Of a stretch of DNA of 64,000 nucleotides, positions 38,257 to 53,268 are shown piece after piece. Under the pieces are notes generated by a model that did not search any database, was not told where the DNA came from, and was given only the letters and a program-made list of their open reading frames with translations. The first letter of the stretch is position 1; each line of letters begins with the position of its first letter. Position numbers and translations under genes: made by a program. Location of the stretch: assembly GCA_963762255.1 (NCBI GenBank), contig CAVXKA010000003.1, positions 912,203 to 976,202 on the forward strand. Reading direction: 5' to 3'. This DNA comes from Candidatus Eiseniibacteriota bacterium. Lineage in GTDB: Bacteria > Eisenbacteria > RBG-16-71-46 > JABDJR01.

Positions 38257-38279
38257 GCAGCAACGCACATGCGAGCGCG

Positions 38280-39161
38280 TCACGCCAGCGGCCACACTCC
38301 TCGGAACACTTCCCGCGCGGGGCCGCGCATCACCAAACCGCCCGGTTCCTCGCGGCGCATCCACACCTCGCCGCCCGGCATGCGCACAATCACCTCGCCC
38401 TGTACCTCGCCGAGCCGCAGCGCCACCGCATAGGCAGCGACAGCGCCGCTGCCGCACGCGAGCGTCAGCCCCGCCCCGCGCTCCCACGTGCGCATGACCA
38501 GCGCGTCCTTGCCGGCCGCCGCGACGACATGCACGTTGATGCCGCGCAAGAACCGGGGGTCCTTCTCCAACCGCTGCCCGAACTCCCCGAGCGTGGCGTT
38601 CCGCACTACGTCCCCGCGCGCGGCCCACAGCACCAGGTGCGGGTTCCCCACGCTCACCGCGAAGCCGGGGAGCTCGATGCTTCCCGCCGGGAAACGATCG
38701 CCCCAGATTTCCGGGCCCGATCCCTCGGCGGGCAGAGCCTCGCGCCGGAAATCGGGCTCACCCGCCCACACTTCCACCTCGTCCACCCCACCGAGTGCCC
38801 CTCGATGCGGGCGGACCATCCGCTCCCCCACCGCCGTCTCCACCATGAACGTCTCGCCAAGCCCGCGCACCGATTCCGCGGCGTACTTGGCCGCGCAGCG
38901 CAACCCGTTCAAGCAGAGGAGCCCTTCCGAGCCGTCGGCGTTCCACATCCGCATGCGCACCGGAGATCCGTCGCCGGCCTCGAGCAGGATGAGCCCGTCG
39001 CTCCCCACGCCGTAGTGGCGGTCGGAGATCGCGCGGGAAAGATCGTCGAAGGCGCCCAGCGTGCCGGCGTCCACCGCGTCCGGGGTGAGCCCGGCGTCGA
39101 CGAAGACATAGTCGTTGCCGCACCCTTCCATCTTCACGAACGGGATTCGTTTCATGTGCAT
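38280..39161 (-). CDS. dapF: Diaminopimelate epimerase
   Basis: FVKMEGCGNDY, NADGSE..CLNG, VGNPH, WERGAGLTLACGSG. Confidence 0.93.
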   Translation of the reverse strand: MHMKRIPFVKMEGCGNDYVFVDAGLTPDAVDAGTLGAFDDLSRAISDRHYGVGSDGLILLEAGDGSPVRMRMWNADGSEGLLCLNGLRCAAKYAAESVRGLGETFMVETAVGERMVRPHRGALGGVDEVEVWAGEPDFRREALPAEGSGPEIWGDRFPAGSIELPGFAVSVGNPHLVLWAARGDVVRNATLGEFGQRLEKDPRFLRGINVHVVAAAGKDALVMRTWERGAGLTLACGSGAVAAYAVALRLGEVQGEVIVRMPGGEVWMRREEPGGLVMRGPAREVFRGVWPLA

Positions 39162-39186
39162 GCTCGCGCTCCGTACTCCACTGGGT

Positions 39187-40389
39187 TCATGTCGTCGTCT
39201 CGCTTGCGGTCGGGCGCGGCCCGGCGAGGAGCACCGCCGCCCCCAGTATCGCCGAGATCAGCGACCCGGCAAGGATACCCATCTTGGCCGGCTCGAGCAG
39301 CCCGCCCTCGCCGAACGCCAGGTTGGCGATGAAGAGCGACATCGTGAAGCCGATGCCCCCCAGCACCGCCGCTCCGTGCACGCGCCGCCAGCCGACCCCC
39401 TCGGGGAGGCTCGCCCAACCCAGCTTCACCGCGAGCCAGGAGAACCCGAGGATGCCGATCTGCTTGCCGAGCACGAGGCCGAGAATCACCCCAAGCGGCA
39501 CCGGCTGCAGGATGAGCCGTCCGATGGCGCTCGCGTCGATCTCCACCCCCGCGTTGGCGAGCGCGAACACCGGCATGATGCAATAGGAAACCCACGGCCC
39601 CAGTCCGTGCTCGAGATCCTGCAGGAGCGAAGTGCCTCGGTGGGGAACCGCCATCGCGGTGAGGACCCCGGCTACGGTGGCGTGAACGCCGCTGCGCAGG
39701 AAGAAGATCCACACCGCAAACCCGCCCAGCACGTATACCCATCGGCGGGTCACACCGAGGCGGGCGAGGCCGAAGAGCGCGGCCAGCACCGCGAACCCGA
39801 GCAGAAGCGAACCCGCGGCAAGCTCGGCGGTGTAGAAGATCGCGATCACCACGACCGCTCCCAAGTCATCCACCACCGCGAGCGCGGTGAGGAAGACCTT
39901 GAGTCCCAGCGGCACGCGATCCCCGAGAAGCATCAGCACGCCGATCGCGAATGCGATGTCGGTGGCCATCGGCACGCCCCAGCCCGGTGCGCCATCGCCG
40001 CGGAAGTTGAGGGCGGCGTAGAACGCGGCGGGCACCAGCATTCCACCCAACGCCGCCATGGCGGGGAGCGCGGCCTTCTTGGCCGAGGCGAGTTCGCCCG
40101 AGAGCACCTCGCGTTTGATCTCGAGCCCGACGTAGAAGAAGAACAACGCCATGAGACCGTCGTTGATCCAGTGGTGAAGCGAGAGCTTGAAGCGGGCATC
40201 GCCCCACGAGAGGCCGACGGTCGTGTGCCAGAGGTCGAAGTAGGATGCGCGCCACCCGGAGTTGGCCCACATCAGCGCGGCCACGGTAGCGAGGATGAGC
40301 ACGATGCCGCCGGACGCTTCGGTCTCGAAGAACTCGACGATCGGGTGGCGCAGCCACTCCGGCAGCGCGGGGCGTTTCTTGTCGTTCAT
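39187..40389 (-). CDS. nhaA: Na+/H+ antiporter NhaA
   Basis: WINDGLM, GLEIKRE, PMATDIAF, VDDLG, GIGFTMSLFI. Confidence 0.95.
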   Translation of the reverse strand: MNDKKRPALPEWLRHPIVEFFETEASGGIVLILATVAALMWANSGWRASYFDLWHTTVGLSWGDARFKLSLHHWINDGLMALFFFYVGLEIKREVLSGELASAKKAALPAMAALGGMLVPAAFYAALNFRGDGAPGWGVPMATDIAFAIGVLMLLGDRVPLGLKVFLTALAVVDDLGAVVVIAIFYTAELAAGSLLLGFAVLAALFGLARLGVTRRWVYVLGGFAVWIFFLRSGVHATVAGVLTAMAVPHRGTSLLQDLEHGLGPWVSYCIMPVFALANAGVEIDASAIGRLILQPVPLGVILGLVLGKQIGILGFSWLAVKLGWASLPEGVGWRRVHGAAVLGGIGFTMSLFIANLAFGEGGLLEPAKMGILAGSLISAILGAAVLLAGPRPTASETTT

Positions 40390-40437
40390 CGCCGGGCTCC
40401 GGGTAAGAGTTTGTCGCTGCAATCGGCCGACGGACCG

Positions 40438-41235
40438 TCAGCGGTACTGGACGAGATGGACGTCGCCGGCGTGGAGGATCTCCTCCGCGCCGCTCTCGAG
40501 ACGCACGCGCAAGGCCCCGTCGGGCTCGAGCCCCACCGCGGTTCCCAGCACCGCCTCCCCCGCGGTCTCCACCCGCACCATGCGGCCCAGAATCGCCGAG
40601 CGCCGGCGCCAGTGCGGAATGAGCGGCCCCGTTCCCTCGTTGCGGAAGCGCTCGTACCACTGCGACACGCACTCGATCAGCGCGAGCAACACGCCGAGGC
40701 GATCGACGTGACGGTGGCAGCACTGGCGAAGCGAGATCGCGCGGTCGCGAAGTTCGACAGGGAAGTCGGCCTCGGTGTGGTCCACGTTGAGGCCGATCCC
40801 GGCCACGCACCACTCGAGCACGCCTCCCTGCACGCCCATCTCGATGAGGACCCCGCCGAGCTTGCGGCCCTCGACCACGAGATCGTTGGGCCATTTGATC
40901 CCCACAACGCCCTGGATGCGCGTGCGCTCGGCGGCTTCCGCCGCGCCGAGCCCGACCGCCATGAGAATCCCGCTCGCGCTGGACGCGGGCACGCCGGGGC
41001 GGAAGATGAAGGAGACGTAGAGGCCGAGGCCCGCCGGCGAATGCCAGGTGCGCCCCAGCCGCCCCCGGCCCGCACTCTGCGCGTCAGCGATGACGATCGT
41101 GCCTTCTTCCGCTCCCGCGATCGCCAATTCCTTCGCCTTATCGTTCGTGGAGGCGATGGAGGGATAGAAGAAGAAGTGCCGCACCGAGGTGGAGTTCCGG
41201 AAGGCGATCTGGAGGTTGGCGGCGGTGAGCTGCAT
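40438..41235 (-). CDS. birA: Biotin-protein ligase (no N-terminal HTH)
   Basis: STND, QSAGRGRLGRTW, KWPNDL, KLGGVL, GIGLNV. Confidence 0.92.
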   Translation of the reverse strand: MQLTAANLQIAFRNSTSVRHFFFYPSIASTNDKAKELAIAGAEEGTIVIADAQSAGRGRLGRTWHSPAGLGLYVSFIFRPGVPASSASGILMAVGLGAAEAAERTRIQGVVGIKWPNDLVVEGRKLGGVLIEMGVQGGVLEWCVAGIGLNVDHTEADFPVELRDRAISLRQCCHRHVDRLGVLLALIECVSQWYERFRNEGTGPLIPHWRRRSAILGRMVRVETAGEAVLGTAVGLEPDGALRVRLESGAEEILHAGDVHLVQYR

Positions 41236-41252
41236 TCGGTGTTCTCCGCGGA

Positions 41253-42136
41253 TCAGCGTCCGCCGGACGGGAGGAGCCGCAGCTCCATCGAGAGATCGAG
41301 CGCCTTGACCGAGTGGGTCAACGCGCCCGAGGACATGAAATCGACCCCGGGCAGGGCGAACGACCGCGCGGTCTCGACCGTGATGCGGCCGGAGATCTCG
41401 ACTTCGGGACGCGCCCGCCCCGCGCGCTCCGCCCAACTCACGATCCGCTGAAGCGCTTCCCGCACGCGGTCCGGCGTGAAGTTGTCGAGCATCACGCGAT
41501 CGACCCCGGCATGCAGCGCCTGGTCGAGCTCCTCAAGGTCGGTGACCTCGACTTCGATCCGCAAGTCGGGTCGCCCCTCGCGCGCCCGGCGCACCGCCGC
41601 TGCAATCCCTCCCGCCGCAGCGATGTGATTCTCTTTGATGAGGATCATGTCGTAAAGCCCCTGGCGATGGTTCTCGCCTCCGCCGCAGCGCACCGCGTAC
41701 TTGGCCAAGAGGCGCATGCCCGGGACGGTCTTGCGCGTGTCGAGAACGCGCACGCCCGTGCCGTCGAGAGCGGCGGCGGCGCGGCGCGTCGCGGTGGCGA
41801 TGCCGGAGAGGTGCTGGAGGAAGTTGAGCGCGGTACGCTCGGCGGTCAGGAGCCCGCGGGCCGGGCCGGTGATGCGCGCCACGATCTGCCCGGGGGCGAC
41901 CGCGTCGCCGTCGGCGGCATCGGCCTCGAAGGCGGTCGCGGGATCGACCCGCTCGAAGACGGCGCGGGCCACCGCGAGCCCGCAGAGGACCCCCTCCTCC
42001 TTGACCAGGATCTCCGCCTCGCCGCGCGCCGCCGCCGGCACCGTGGTCAGCGTGGTCGCGTCGCCGCTCCCCACGTCCTCGGCCAGGGCCGCGTCGATCA
42101 ACGGACGCACCAGATCGAAGCGATCGAACTCCACGC

Positions 42137-42140
<4 letters not shown>
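41253..42140 (-). CDS. nadC: Quinolinate phosphoribosyltransferase
   Basis: [36 protein letters not shown]. Confidence 0.95.
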
Positions 42141-44140
<2,000 letters not shown>

Positions 44141-44312
44141 GGGCCGTGGAGTATACGGCCCGGCGCCGCCGGACGCACGGGCGGTCAGGCGCGCCGGCCC
44201 GCGCGACCCCGCGCCGGGGCCGCAGGCGCGGTGGACAGGGAACGGCGAAACGCCCACAATCTTCGCTTCACGCCGAGAGGCTCCCGGCCGTCGGGAGGAG
44301 GAGAGGAAGCCC

Positions 44313-44897
44313 ATGACCACCGTCCGGATTCGCCCCGCGCTCGTCTTTGTCGCCGTCCTGGCCGCGGCCCTCGCCGGATGCAACGACGACAGCGGTTCGC
44401 CCGACGATGGCGGGATCAAACCGACCGTCGATCCGACCATCACGGTGCTGGCTGGCGCCTGGCAGATCACCGTGGGCTCGTCGGGCAGCGGCACCGCCTG
44501 CGTTCCCTACTCATCCTTCCTCTGCGAGAAGTTCGGAACCCAAGGGACGACCTACGCCGAGATCGACCTGGACCAGCAGGCCCAGGTCTTCGGCTTCGAC
44601 TGCGATTTCAACGTACGCGCGGACGGCACCATCCAGGGATCGTGCGCCGCGGGCTCGCGCAGCGTGCTCACCTGCTTGGTGAGCTTTCCCGCCTTCCAGG
44701 CCACCGGAAGCGTGTCCGCCGATGGCCGGTCGTTCGCTGTCATGCTGCCCCTCAGCGCTCAGATGGGGGACCGCTGTCCCTTCGGGAGCGGCCCCTGTAA
44801 CTACCAGGTCATGGTGAGCGGAGCCCGGATCGGGGACGAGTGCCCCCCGGACGCGCCGCGCCCCGGTTCGTGGAGAACACTGCATGCACGCTACTGA
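44313..44897 (+). CDS. Cys-rich lipoprotein 1
   Basis: Lipobox LAGC; GAW motif; 8 further Cys; strong RBS. Confidence 0.75.
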   Translation: MTTVRIRPALVFVAVLAAALAGCNDDSGSPDDGGIKPTVDPTITVLAGAWQITVGSSGSGTACVPYSSFLCEKFGTQGTTYAEIDLDQQAQVFGFDCDFNVRADGTIQGSCAAGSRSVLTCLVSFPAFQATGSVSADGRSFAVMLPLSAQMGDRCPFGSGPCNYQVMVSGARIGDECPPDAPRPGSWRTLHARY

Positions 44898-45480
44898 TCG
44901 TCGCTTGAAGGCGCTGCGGCCGGCCATGGCCGTGCTCCTGGTTCTTGTCGCGTTCGCCTGCGGGGATGATACGAAGGACGTCATCCCCCCGGTGTCGGAC
45001 ACGCTCACCGTTCAGCAGGGAACCTGGCACCGCGTCCGCACCTACTCGGTGATCGGGGCCGACTCCTGCGAGGCACCCGCCCCCGACACCGCGGACGTGG
45101 TGCTCTGCGCCTACGACCCCGGCTCGGGCAGCGATGCCATCGGGCTCGTCTGCGACATCGAGCAGGAAGGAACCCAGGTCACCATCACCTGCGAGGGAAC
45201 CCTCGATCTCTTCCCGTGCCGCATCGACTACCACTTCGCGGGGTCGGGCACGGTGACCGACACCACCCTGGATATCACGATGCGGCGCTGGACGACCTTG
45301 GACGCCCGCGAGGGAAGCATGTCCATCTGCGATTCCCTCTATGCCGACCCCTGCACGACCACCGTGGTGACCCGTGCCGCGTGGACCACGGCCTCCGGCG
45401 ACTCCGTCTGCACGGACAGCACATCGGCCCCCTCCGTGCGGGATTTCCTGAACTTGATGCTGGGTGAGGATCAGCCATGA
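44884..45480 (+). CDS. Cys-rich lipoprotein 2
   Basis: Lipobox AFAC; GTW motif; 8 further Cys. Confidence 0.75.
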   Translation: MHATDRRLKALRPAMAVLLVLVAFACGDDTKDVIPPVSDTLTVQQGTWHRVRTYSVIGADSCEAPAPDTADVVLCAYDPGSGSDAIGLVCDIEQEGTQVTITCEGTLDLFPCRIDYHFAGSGTVTDTTLDITMRRWTTLDAREGSMSICDSLYADPCTTTVVTRAAWTTASGDSVCTDSTSAPSVRDFLNLMLGEDQP

Positions 45481-46043
45481 AGCCGGGTGCTCGATCCATG
45501 CTCCTGACGGCGGCGATCTTCACCGTCGGTCTTGCCCTCGGCTGCGGCGGCGACAAGAAGTCCTCGCAGCCGGACGACGACTTCATCATCGACGTCGCGG
45601 ACGGAACGTGGCGCGAGGTGACGACGGTGGAATGGGTGGGGGCGAACGAGGGCTGCGATCCCCTCAGCGAGCTGATCACCGACGGCGACACGACCTTCGT
45701 GCAGTGCGAACTCGACGTGCGGAGCCTCGGGGACGCCGGCGAGAGCTGCGAGATCGGCATCGACGGAGGCTCGGTCACCATCGATTGCGCGGCCGCACAG
45801 ACATCGGGCTCCTGCATCATAACGCTCACCGTCGAGGGCACGGCGGAGGTCGAGACTACGAGCTACACCTCGGACGTCACCATCACCCTCACGGTCACCG
45901 GCGACGCACAGGCATGCGGGGGCTACACCTGCACCGGCACCGTCCACGTGACGGGCACATGGGTCTCCGCCGACGGGGACTGCCCCGCCGCCGCACCTGC
46001 CCGCCGCCCGCTCGGCCTTGAAGGACTCCGCGGGCGGCTCTAG
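45477..46043 (+). CDS. Cys-rich lipoprotein 3
   Basis: Lipobox ALGC; GTW motif; 8 further Cys. Confidence 0.75.
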   Translation: MKPGARSMLLTAAIFTVGLALGCGGDKKSSQPDDDFIIDVADGTWREVTTVEWVGANEGCDPLSELITDGDTTFVQCELDVRSLGDAGESCEIGIDGGSVTIDCAAAQTSGSCIITLTVEGTAEVETTSYTSDVTITLTVTGDAQACGGYTCTGTVHVTGTWVSADGDCPAAAPARRPLGLEGLRGRL

Positions 46044-46053
46044 ACCCGCTACC

Positions 46054-47424
46054 TTACCAAGTCGTCCGCACGGTGTAGGTCACTTCCGCCTTCCCGTCCG
46101 GTTCGACCGGGATCGCGAACTCGATCGTGTTGGAGTCCTTCTTGGTGTACTCCCGGCTCTTGGCCGTGACCGTCCAGTCGCCGCCCAGATGTTCCGTGGC
46201 TACTACCTCGATCCGCTCCTTCTTGTGGTTGCGGATCTCGATCTTGAACGACTCCTCCTGCACGCGGTCGCTGATCTTCTTGTAGTCGGTGCGCGTGCGC
46301 TCGCCTACCACGTCGAAGGCGTTGCCGAGAAGCAGCCGGACCTTCTCGTCGCGCGGGGTGTGATCGATGGCGTCCTCACCCACGAACTCCAGCGAGCCGT
46401 CCGCGTCTTCCTTGTAGACGCGCACCTTCCCCGCCGGGAGCGCGATGCCGAGACCGTTCTCCTTCGTGTTCTGGAACTCCATCCGCACCGCGACCTTGGT
46501 CGGATCCTGCTGCCCATCGTAGGTGAGCACCTTGGTCGCGGAGGCCGCCGCCGAGGGGAAGAGCGAGAGCTGCTTGGTCTCGCGGTCGGCGATGGTGGCG
46601 GGGCGCTCCAGCGTGTAGATGTGGTACTCGAAGAACGCGCGCTCCTCGAACTGCGGCGAGCCGGCCATGTCCAGCTCCATGGCCATCCCCTTCATGGACG
46701 GGATCGCCCGCGGCGGCTGGACGCGGTTCACGTCCCCCGCCACCAGCTTGAGCCGGGCATCCTTGTAGGTCGCCCCCGACCGGTTGTCGAGCGAGACCCA
46801 GCCGTTCACGCCCAGCCGCGTGTCGTCCTGGTTCACCACCGTCACGTACTCGGCGTGCCAGTTGATGTTGTCGGTGAGGTAGGAGATCTCGGAGCGCTCC
46901 TTCCCGCCGCGGTCACTGGCCAGCATCCATACCAGGGTGGGCTTGACCACGAGGCCGCCGGGGATCTCGCCGAGCTGGATGTCGCGCACCTCGGCGCGAT
47001 TGACGATCGTCGCTCCCTTTTCCCCACCCAGCACCAGCGATCCGCCGTCGTAGGAGAGCAGCGTCCCCTGACGCAGCGCGCCGTCCTTGAGGACCGCGGT
47101 GATGTCGAGGCTCAAGTACCGCTGCAGGATGCGCTCGGCGTCGGCGAGGTCGTACTGGTAGTTCTGCTCCAGCACCGCGACATCACCCGGATGATCGAGC
47201 GCGCCGAAGTGCACCGAGGTAGGGTCGATCGATGCGGCAACGTCGTCGATGCGGACCTCCTGCACGCCCTTCTTGAAGTCCAGCATCCGCACGTCCTTCA
47301 CCAGCGCGAAGTTCTGGTTGTAGACGGTGACCGAGACCGACTCCAGATCCTTATCCTTGGCCGAAGCGGGGGCGGTCAGTGCCGCCGTCGCCGCCGCGGC
47401 GACCATCCAACGCATGATTCTCAT
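46054..47424 (-). CDS. DUF4139 domain secreted protein
   Basis: VTVYNQNFALVKD, EQNYQYDL, WHAEY, LVAGDV, YHIYTL, LPAGKVRVY, FVGED.IDHTP. Confidence 0.85.
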   Translation of the reverse strand: MRIMRWMVAAAATAALTAPASAKDKDLESVSVTVYNQNFALVKDVRMLDFKKGVQEVRIDDVAASIDPTSVHFGALDHPGDVAVLEQNYQYDLADAERILQRYLSLDITAVLKDGALRQGTLLSYDGGSLVLGGEKGATIVNRAEVRDIQLGEIPGGLVVKPTLVWMLASDRGGKERSEISYLTDNINWHAEYVTVVNQDDTRLGVNGWVSLDNRSGATYKDARLKLVAGDVNRVQPPRAIPSMKGMAMELDMAGSPQFEERAFFEYHIYTLERPATIADRETKQLSLFPSAAASATKVLTYDGQQDPTKVAVRMEFQNTKENGLGIALPAGKVRVYKEDADGSLEFVGEDAIDHTPRDEKVRLLLGNAFDVVGERTRTDYKKISDRVQEESFKIEIRNHKKERIEVVATEHLGGDWTVTAKSREYTKKDSNTIEFAIPVEPDGKAEVTYTVRTTW

Positions 47425-47503
47425 GAGTATTTCCTCCCGGCGGGCCGCGTCCCGACGCGGTCGCCTCGTTCTTGGCCCCCTAACCATATTCGAAACTCAA
47501 TGC

Positions 47504-50206
<2,703 letters not shown>

Positions 50207-50314
50207 AAGGTCTCCGCGGATCCTCGGGATGCGTCGCGCCGCTGCCAGTGGAGTCGGACCGAGTCGAGGATTCGTTTACGGGCGCAAGCGCGGCGGGCCT
50301 GAAAATAGCACAGC

Positions 50315-50728
50315 CTACACGGGGGGCGTGAAAGTCTGCCGGCCCAGCATCTCGGCCAGTGTGGAGCGGCGAAAGCTCTCTTCCATGACCGCGGTCGCCT
50401 CGTCGAGGCGCCGGTGAAGCGGGCAAAGCTTGTCGCGATGCGCTTCGAGGCCGAGCGGGCAGGAACGGATGCGCGGGATCGGGTCTACCGCCTCGATCAC
50501 TTCGAGGACGGTGACCTCCTCGGGGGGCTTGCGCAGCGAGAACCCGCCGTGCACGCCGCGCTGCGAATTCACCACTTCCGCGCGCGCCAGGTTCTGCATG
50601 ACCTTGGCCAGATAGCCGGGGGGGACCTTCGTCGCCTCGGCGATGCGCTGCGCAGTCCAGCGTGCCTTCCCGTTCTCGGCCAGGAACACCACGGCTCGGA
50701 GCGCATACTCGGCGGTCTGAGAGATCAT
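50315..50728 (-). CDS. Rrf2 family transcriptional regulator
   Basis: SQTAEYALRA, YLAKV, SQRGVHGGF, CPLG...LCPLH. Confidence 0.92.
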   Translation of the reverse strand: MISQTAEYALRAVVFLAENGKARWTAQRIAEATKVPPGYLAKVMQNLARAEVVNSQRGVHGGFSLRKPPEEVTVLEVIEAVDPIPRIRSCPLGLEAHRDKLCPLHRRLDEATAVMEESFRRSTLAEMLGRQTFTPPV

Positions 50729-50841
50729 CGTGCCTCCCCGGCCCCCCGCCCGCGGGAAGCCGGATAACTGTATGCCAACGTCCCATTTATCCTGGCAGGC
50801 CACCGCCCGCGTAACCATTCTATTTTTTAGACGTTACTTAT

Positions 50842-50861
50842 TCAAGACAAAAAGGTCTTGA
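50842..50861. promoter_or_regulatory. Inverted repeat between rrf2 and qNor genes, candidate Rrf2 operator
   Basis: TCAAGAC-AAAAAG-GTCTTGA, perfect 7-6-7, in the AT-rich divergent promoter region. Confidence 0.6.
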
Positions 50862-50938
50862 TACCGTCTTTAAGTTGCGATTCAATGAGGGCAGCTTGAA
50901 ACAGGGCCGGGAAGTGACATCCCCGGCAGGGAGACATT

Positions 50939-53233
50939 ATGAACGTCAAGAAGCTCTGGATCGCCTTCATCGTCGTCACCGTGGTCTCGTTTGCCGTTTT
51001 GGGCTACTTCGGGACCGAGATCTATCACAAGGCGCCCCCCATCCCGGACCGGGTCGTGGACACCCAGGGCGCGGTGCTCTTCACCGCCGAGGACATCCGC
51101 GAGGGGCAGAACGTCTGGCAGTCGATCGGCGGCCAGGAGGTGGGGAGCGTCTGGGGCCACGGCGCCTACGTGGCGCCCGACTGGTCCGCGGACCGGCTCC
51201 ATCGCGAGGCGGCGCTCCTCCTCGACCTGTGGGCGGTCTCGGAGGAGGGCGTTGCTTACGATCGCCTCACGCCGGAAGCTCAGACCGTTCTGCGCGCACG
51301 GCTCAAGGAGGAGATCCGCACCAACACCTACGATTCGTCCACCCGGGTCATCACCGTGTCGACCGATCGCGCGGCCGCGATCACCGCGGTGAGCACGCAC
51401 TACACCGCGCTCTTCGGGGCCGACACCGACCCGGAGATCGTCGCGCTTCGCAAGGCCTACGCGATCCCGGCCGAGTCGATCAAGACCTCGGAGCGCCTCC
51501 ACCAGATCAACGCGTTCTTCTTCTGGACGGCGTGGTCGTGCGGCACGAATAGGCCCGGCAGCTCGATCACGTACACCAACAACTGGCCGGCCGAGCCGCT
51601 CATCGACAACACCCCCACGGCGAGCATCATGCTCTGGTCGGTCGTGAGCATGGTCGTTCTGCTGGCCGGGATCGGGGGGCTCGTCTGGATCTACGCGCGG
51701 CAGCGCGCACGGGAGGAGGCCCCCGAGATCCCCGATGAGAACCCGCTCGCGCGACTCGTGCTGACGCCGTCCATGCGCGCGACGCTCAAGTACTTCTGGG
51801 TGGTGGCGCTCCTCTTCATCGCGCAGATCGGGGCCGGCGCGCTCACCGCGCACTACGGCGTGGAGGGAAACGGCCTCTTCGGCCTCCCGCTCGACCGTTG
51901 GCTCCCCTACTCGGTGGCGCGCACCTGGCACAACCAGCTCGGGATCTTCTGGATCGCCACCGCATGGCTCGCCACCGGGCTTTTCGTAGCCCCCGCGGTA
52001 GGCGGGCGTGAGCCGCGTTTCCAGAAGCTGGGCGTGAACGTGCTGTTCGGCGCGCTTCTGGTCATCGTGGTCGGGTCGCTGGCCGGCGAGTGGATGGGCG
52101 TGCAACAGAAGTTCGGCAACGTCGCCAACTTCTGGTTCGGCCACCAGGGATACGAGTACGTGGACCTCGGCCGGTTCTGGCAGATCTTCCTCTTCGCCGG
52201 CCTGTTCATCTGGCTCGGCCTCATGGCGAGCGCGCTGTGGCCCGCGCTGCGCCGCCCGAGCGAGAGCCGCAGCCTCCTGGCCATGTTCACGATATCGTGC
52301 GTGGCCATCGCTGCGTTCTACGGTGCCGGCCTCATGTGGGGACGTCACACGCACCTCTCCATGGCCGAGTACTGGCGCTGGTGGGTGGTGCATCTGTGGG
52401 TCGAGGGCTTCTTCGAGGTCTTCGCCACCGCGGTGATCGCGTTCCTCTTCACGCGACTGGGCCTGGTGCGCATCGCCACCGCCACCGCCGCGGTGATCTT
52501 CTCGACCATCATCTATCTCTTCGGGGGGATCCTCGGCACGTTCCATCATCTCTACTTCGCCGGAACGCCGACCGCGGTGATCGCGATCGGCGCCACCTTC
52601 AGCGCGCTCGAGATCGTGCCGCTGGTGCTGGTGGGCTTCGAGGGGTACGAGAACCTGCGGCTGTCGAAAGCGAAGCCCTGGGTGCAGGCCTACCGCTGGC
52701 CGATCCTCTTCTTCGTGGCGGTGGCGTTCTGGAACCTGGTCGGCGCGGGGCTCTTCGGGTTCCTCATCAACCCGCCCATCGCCCTCTACTACATGCAGGG
52801 GCTGAACCTCACGCCGGTCCACGGACACACCGCGCTCTTCGGCGTGTACGGCATGCTCGGGATCGGACTCATGCTGTTCTGTCTGCGCGTCATGGGGATG
52901 GGGCACGTATGGAACGACCGGCTTCTGGCCACGGGCTTCTGGGGCATGAACGCGGGGCTCGTGCTGATGGTCGTGCTGAGCATGCTGCCGGTCGGCTTGA
53001 TTCAGACCTGGGCGAGCATGCACCAGGGACTCTGGTACGCGCGCTCGGCGGAGTTCCTCCAACAGCCGACTATCCAGAACCTGCGATGGATGCGGGTGTT
53101 CGGCGACACCGTGTTCACGGTGGGGGCGGTCGCGGTGGCGGCGTTCGTGCTGGGGCTCAAGGTGCCGTTCGGTGCGGCGCGCGAGCGCGTGACGTCGGCC
53201 GCGCCGGCGGCCCAGGGCGCCCGCCGACGCTAG
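50939..53233 (+). CDS. norB: Quinol-dependent nitric oxide reductase (qNor)
   Basis: GHGAYVAPDW, YTNNWP, GYEYVDLGR, VHLWVEGFFE, GTFHH, HGH. Confidence 0.95.
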   Translation: MNVKKLWIAFIVVTVVSFAVLGYFGTEIYHKAPPIPDRVVDTQGAVLFTAEDIREGQNVWQSIGGQEVGSVWGHGAYVAPDWSADRLHREAALLLDLWAVSEEGVAYDRLTPEAQTVLRARLKEEIRTNTYDSSTRVITVSTDRAAAITAVSTHYTALFGADTDPEIVALRKAYAIPAESIKTSERLHQINAFFFWTAWSCGTNRPGSSITYTNNWPAEPLIDNTPTASIMLWSVVSMVVLLAGIGGLVWIYARQRAREEAPEIPDENPLARLVLTPSMRATLKYFWVVALLFIAQIGAGALTAHYGVEGNGLFGLPLDRWLPYSVARTWHNQLGIFWIATAWLATGLFVAPAVGGREPRFQKLGVNVLFGALLVIVVGSLAGEWMGVQQKFGNVANFWFGHQGYEYVDLGRFWQIFLFAGLFIWLGLMASALWPALRRPSESRSLLAMFTISCVAIAAFYGAGLMWGRHTHLSMAEYWRWWVVHLWVEGFFEVFATAVIAFLFTRLGLVRIATATAAVIFSTIIYLFGGILGTFHHLYFAGTPTAVIAIGATFSALEIVPLVLVGFEGYENLRLSKAKPWVQAYRWPILFFVAVAFWNLVGAGLFGFLINPPIALYYMQGLNLTPVHGHTALFGVYGMLGIGLMLFCLRVMGMGHVWNDRLLATGFWGMNAGLVLMVVLSMLPVGLIQTWASMHQGLWYARSAEFLQQPTIQNLRWMRVFGDTVFTVGAVAVAAFVLGLKVPFGAARERVTSAAPAAQGARRR

Positions 53234-53268
53234 TCATTTCATCGGTCATCGAAGGAAAGGAAACCATC

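Noticed and set aside
39115-41451. Long antisense ORFs (778 aa here; also 2337-4466, 50882-53062, 60687-62627)
   Set aside because: Shadow frames of well-supported genes in high-GC DNA with no recognisable motifs.
50855-50875. FNR/DNR box upstream of qNor
   Set aside because: Only a TTGAT half-site; no ATCAA at the required spacing.
50939-53233. Possible NO dismutase (Nod)
   Set aside because: Active-site motifs are canonical qNor (HLWVEGFFE, HH, HGH) and the quinol-site His/Asp appear intact.
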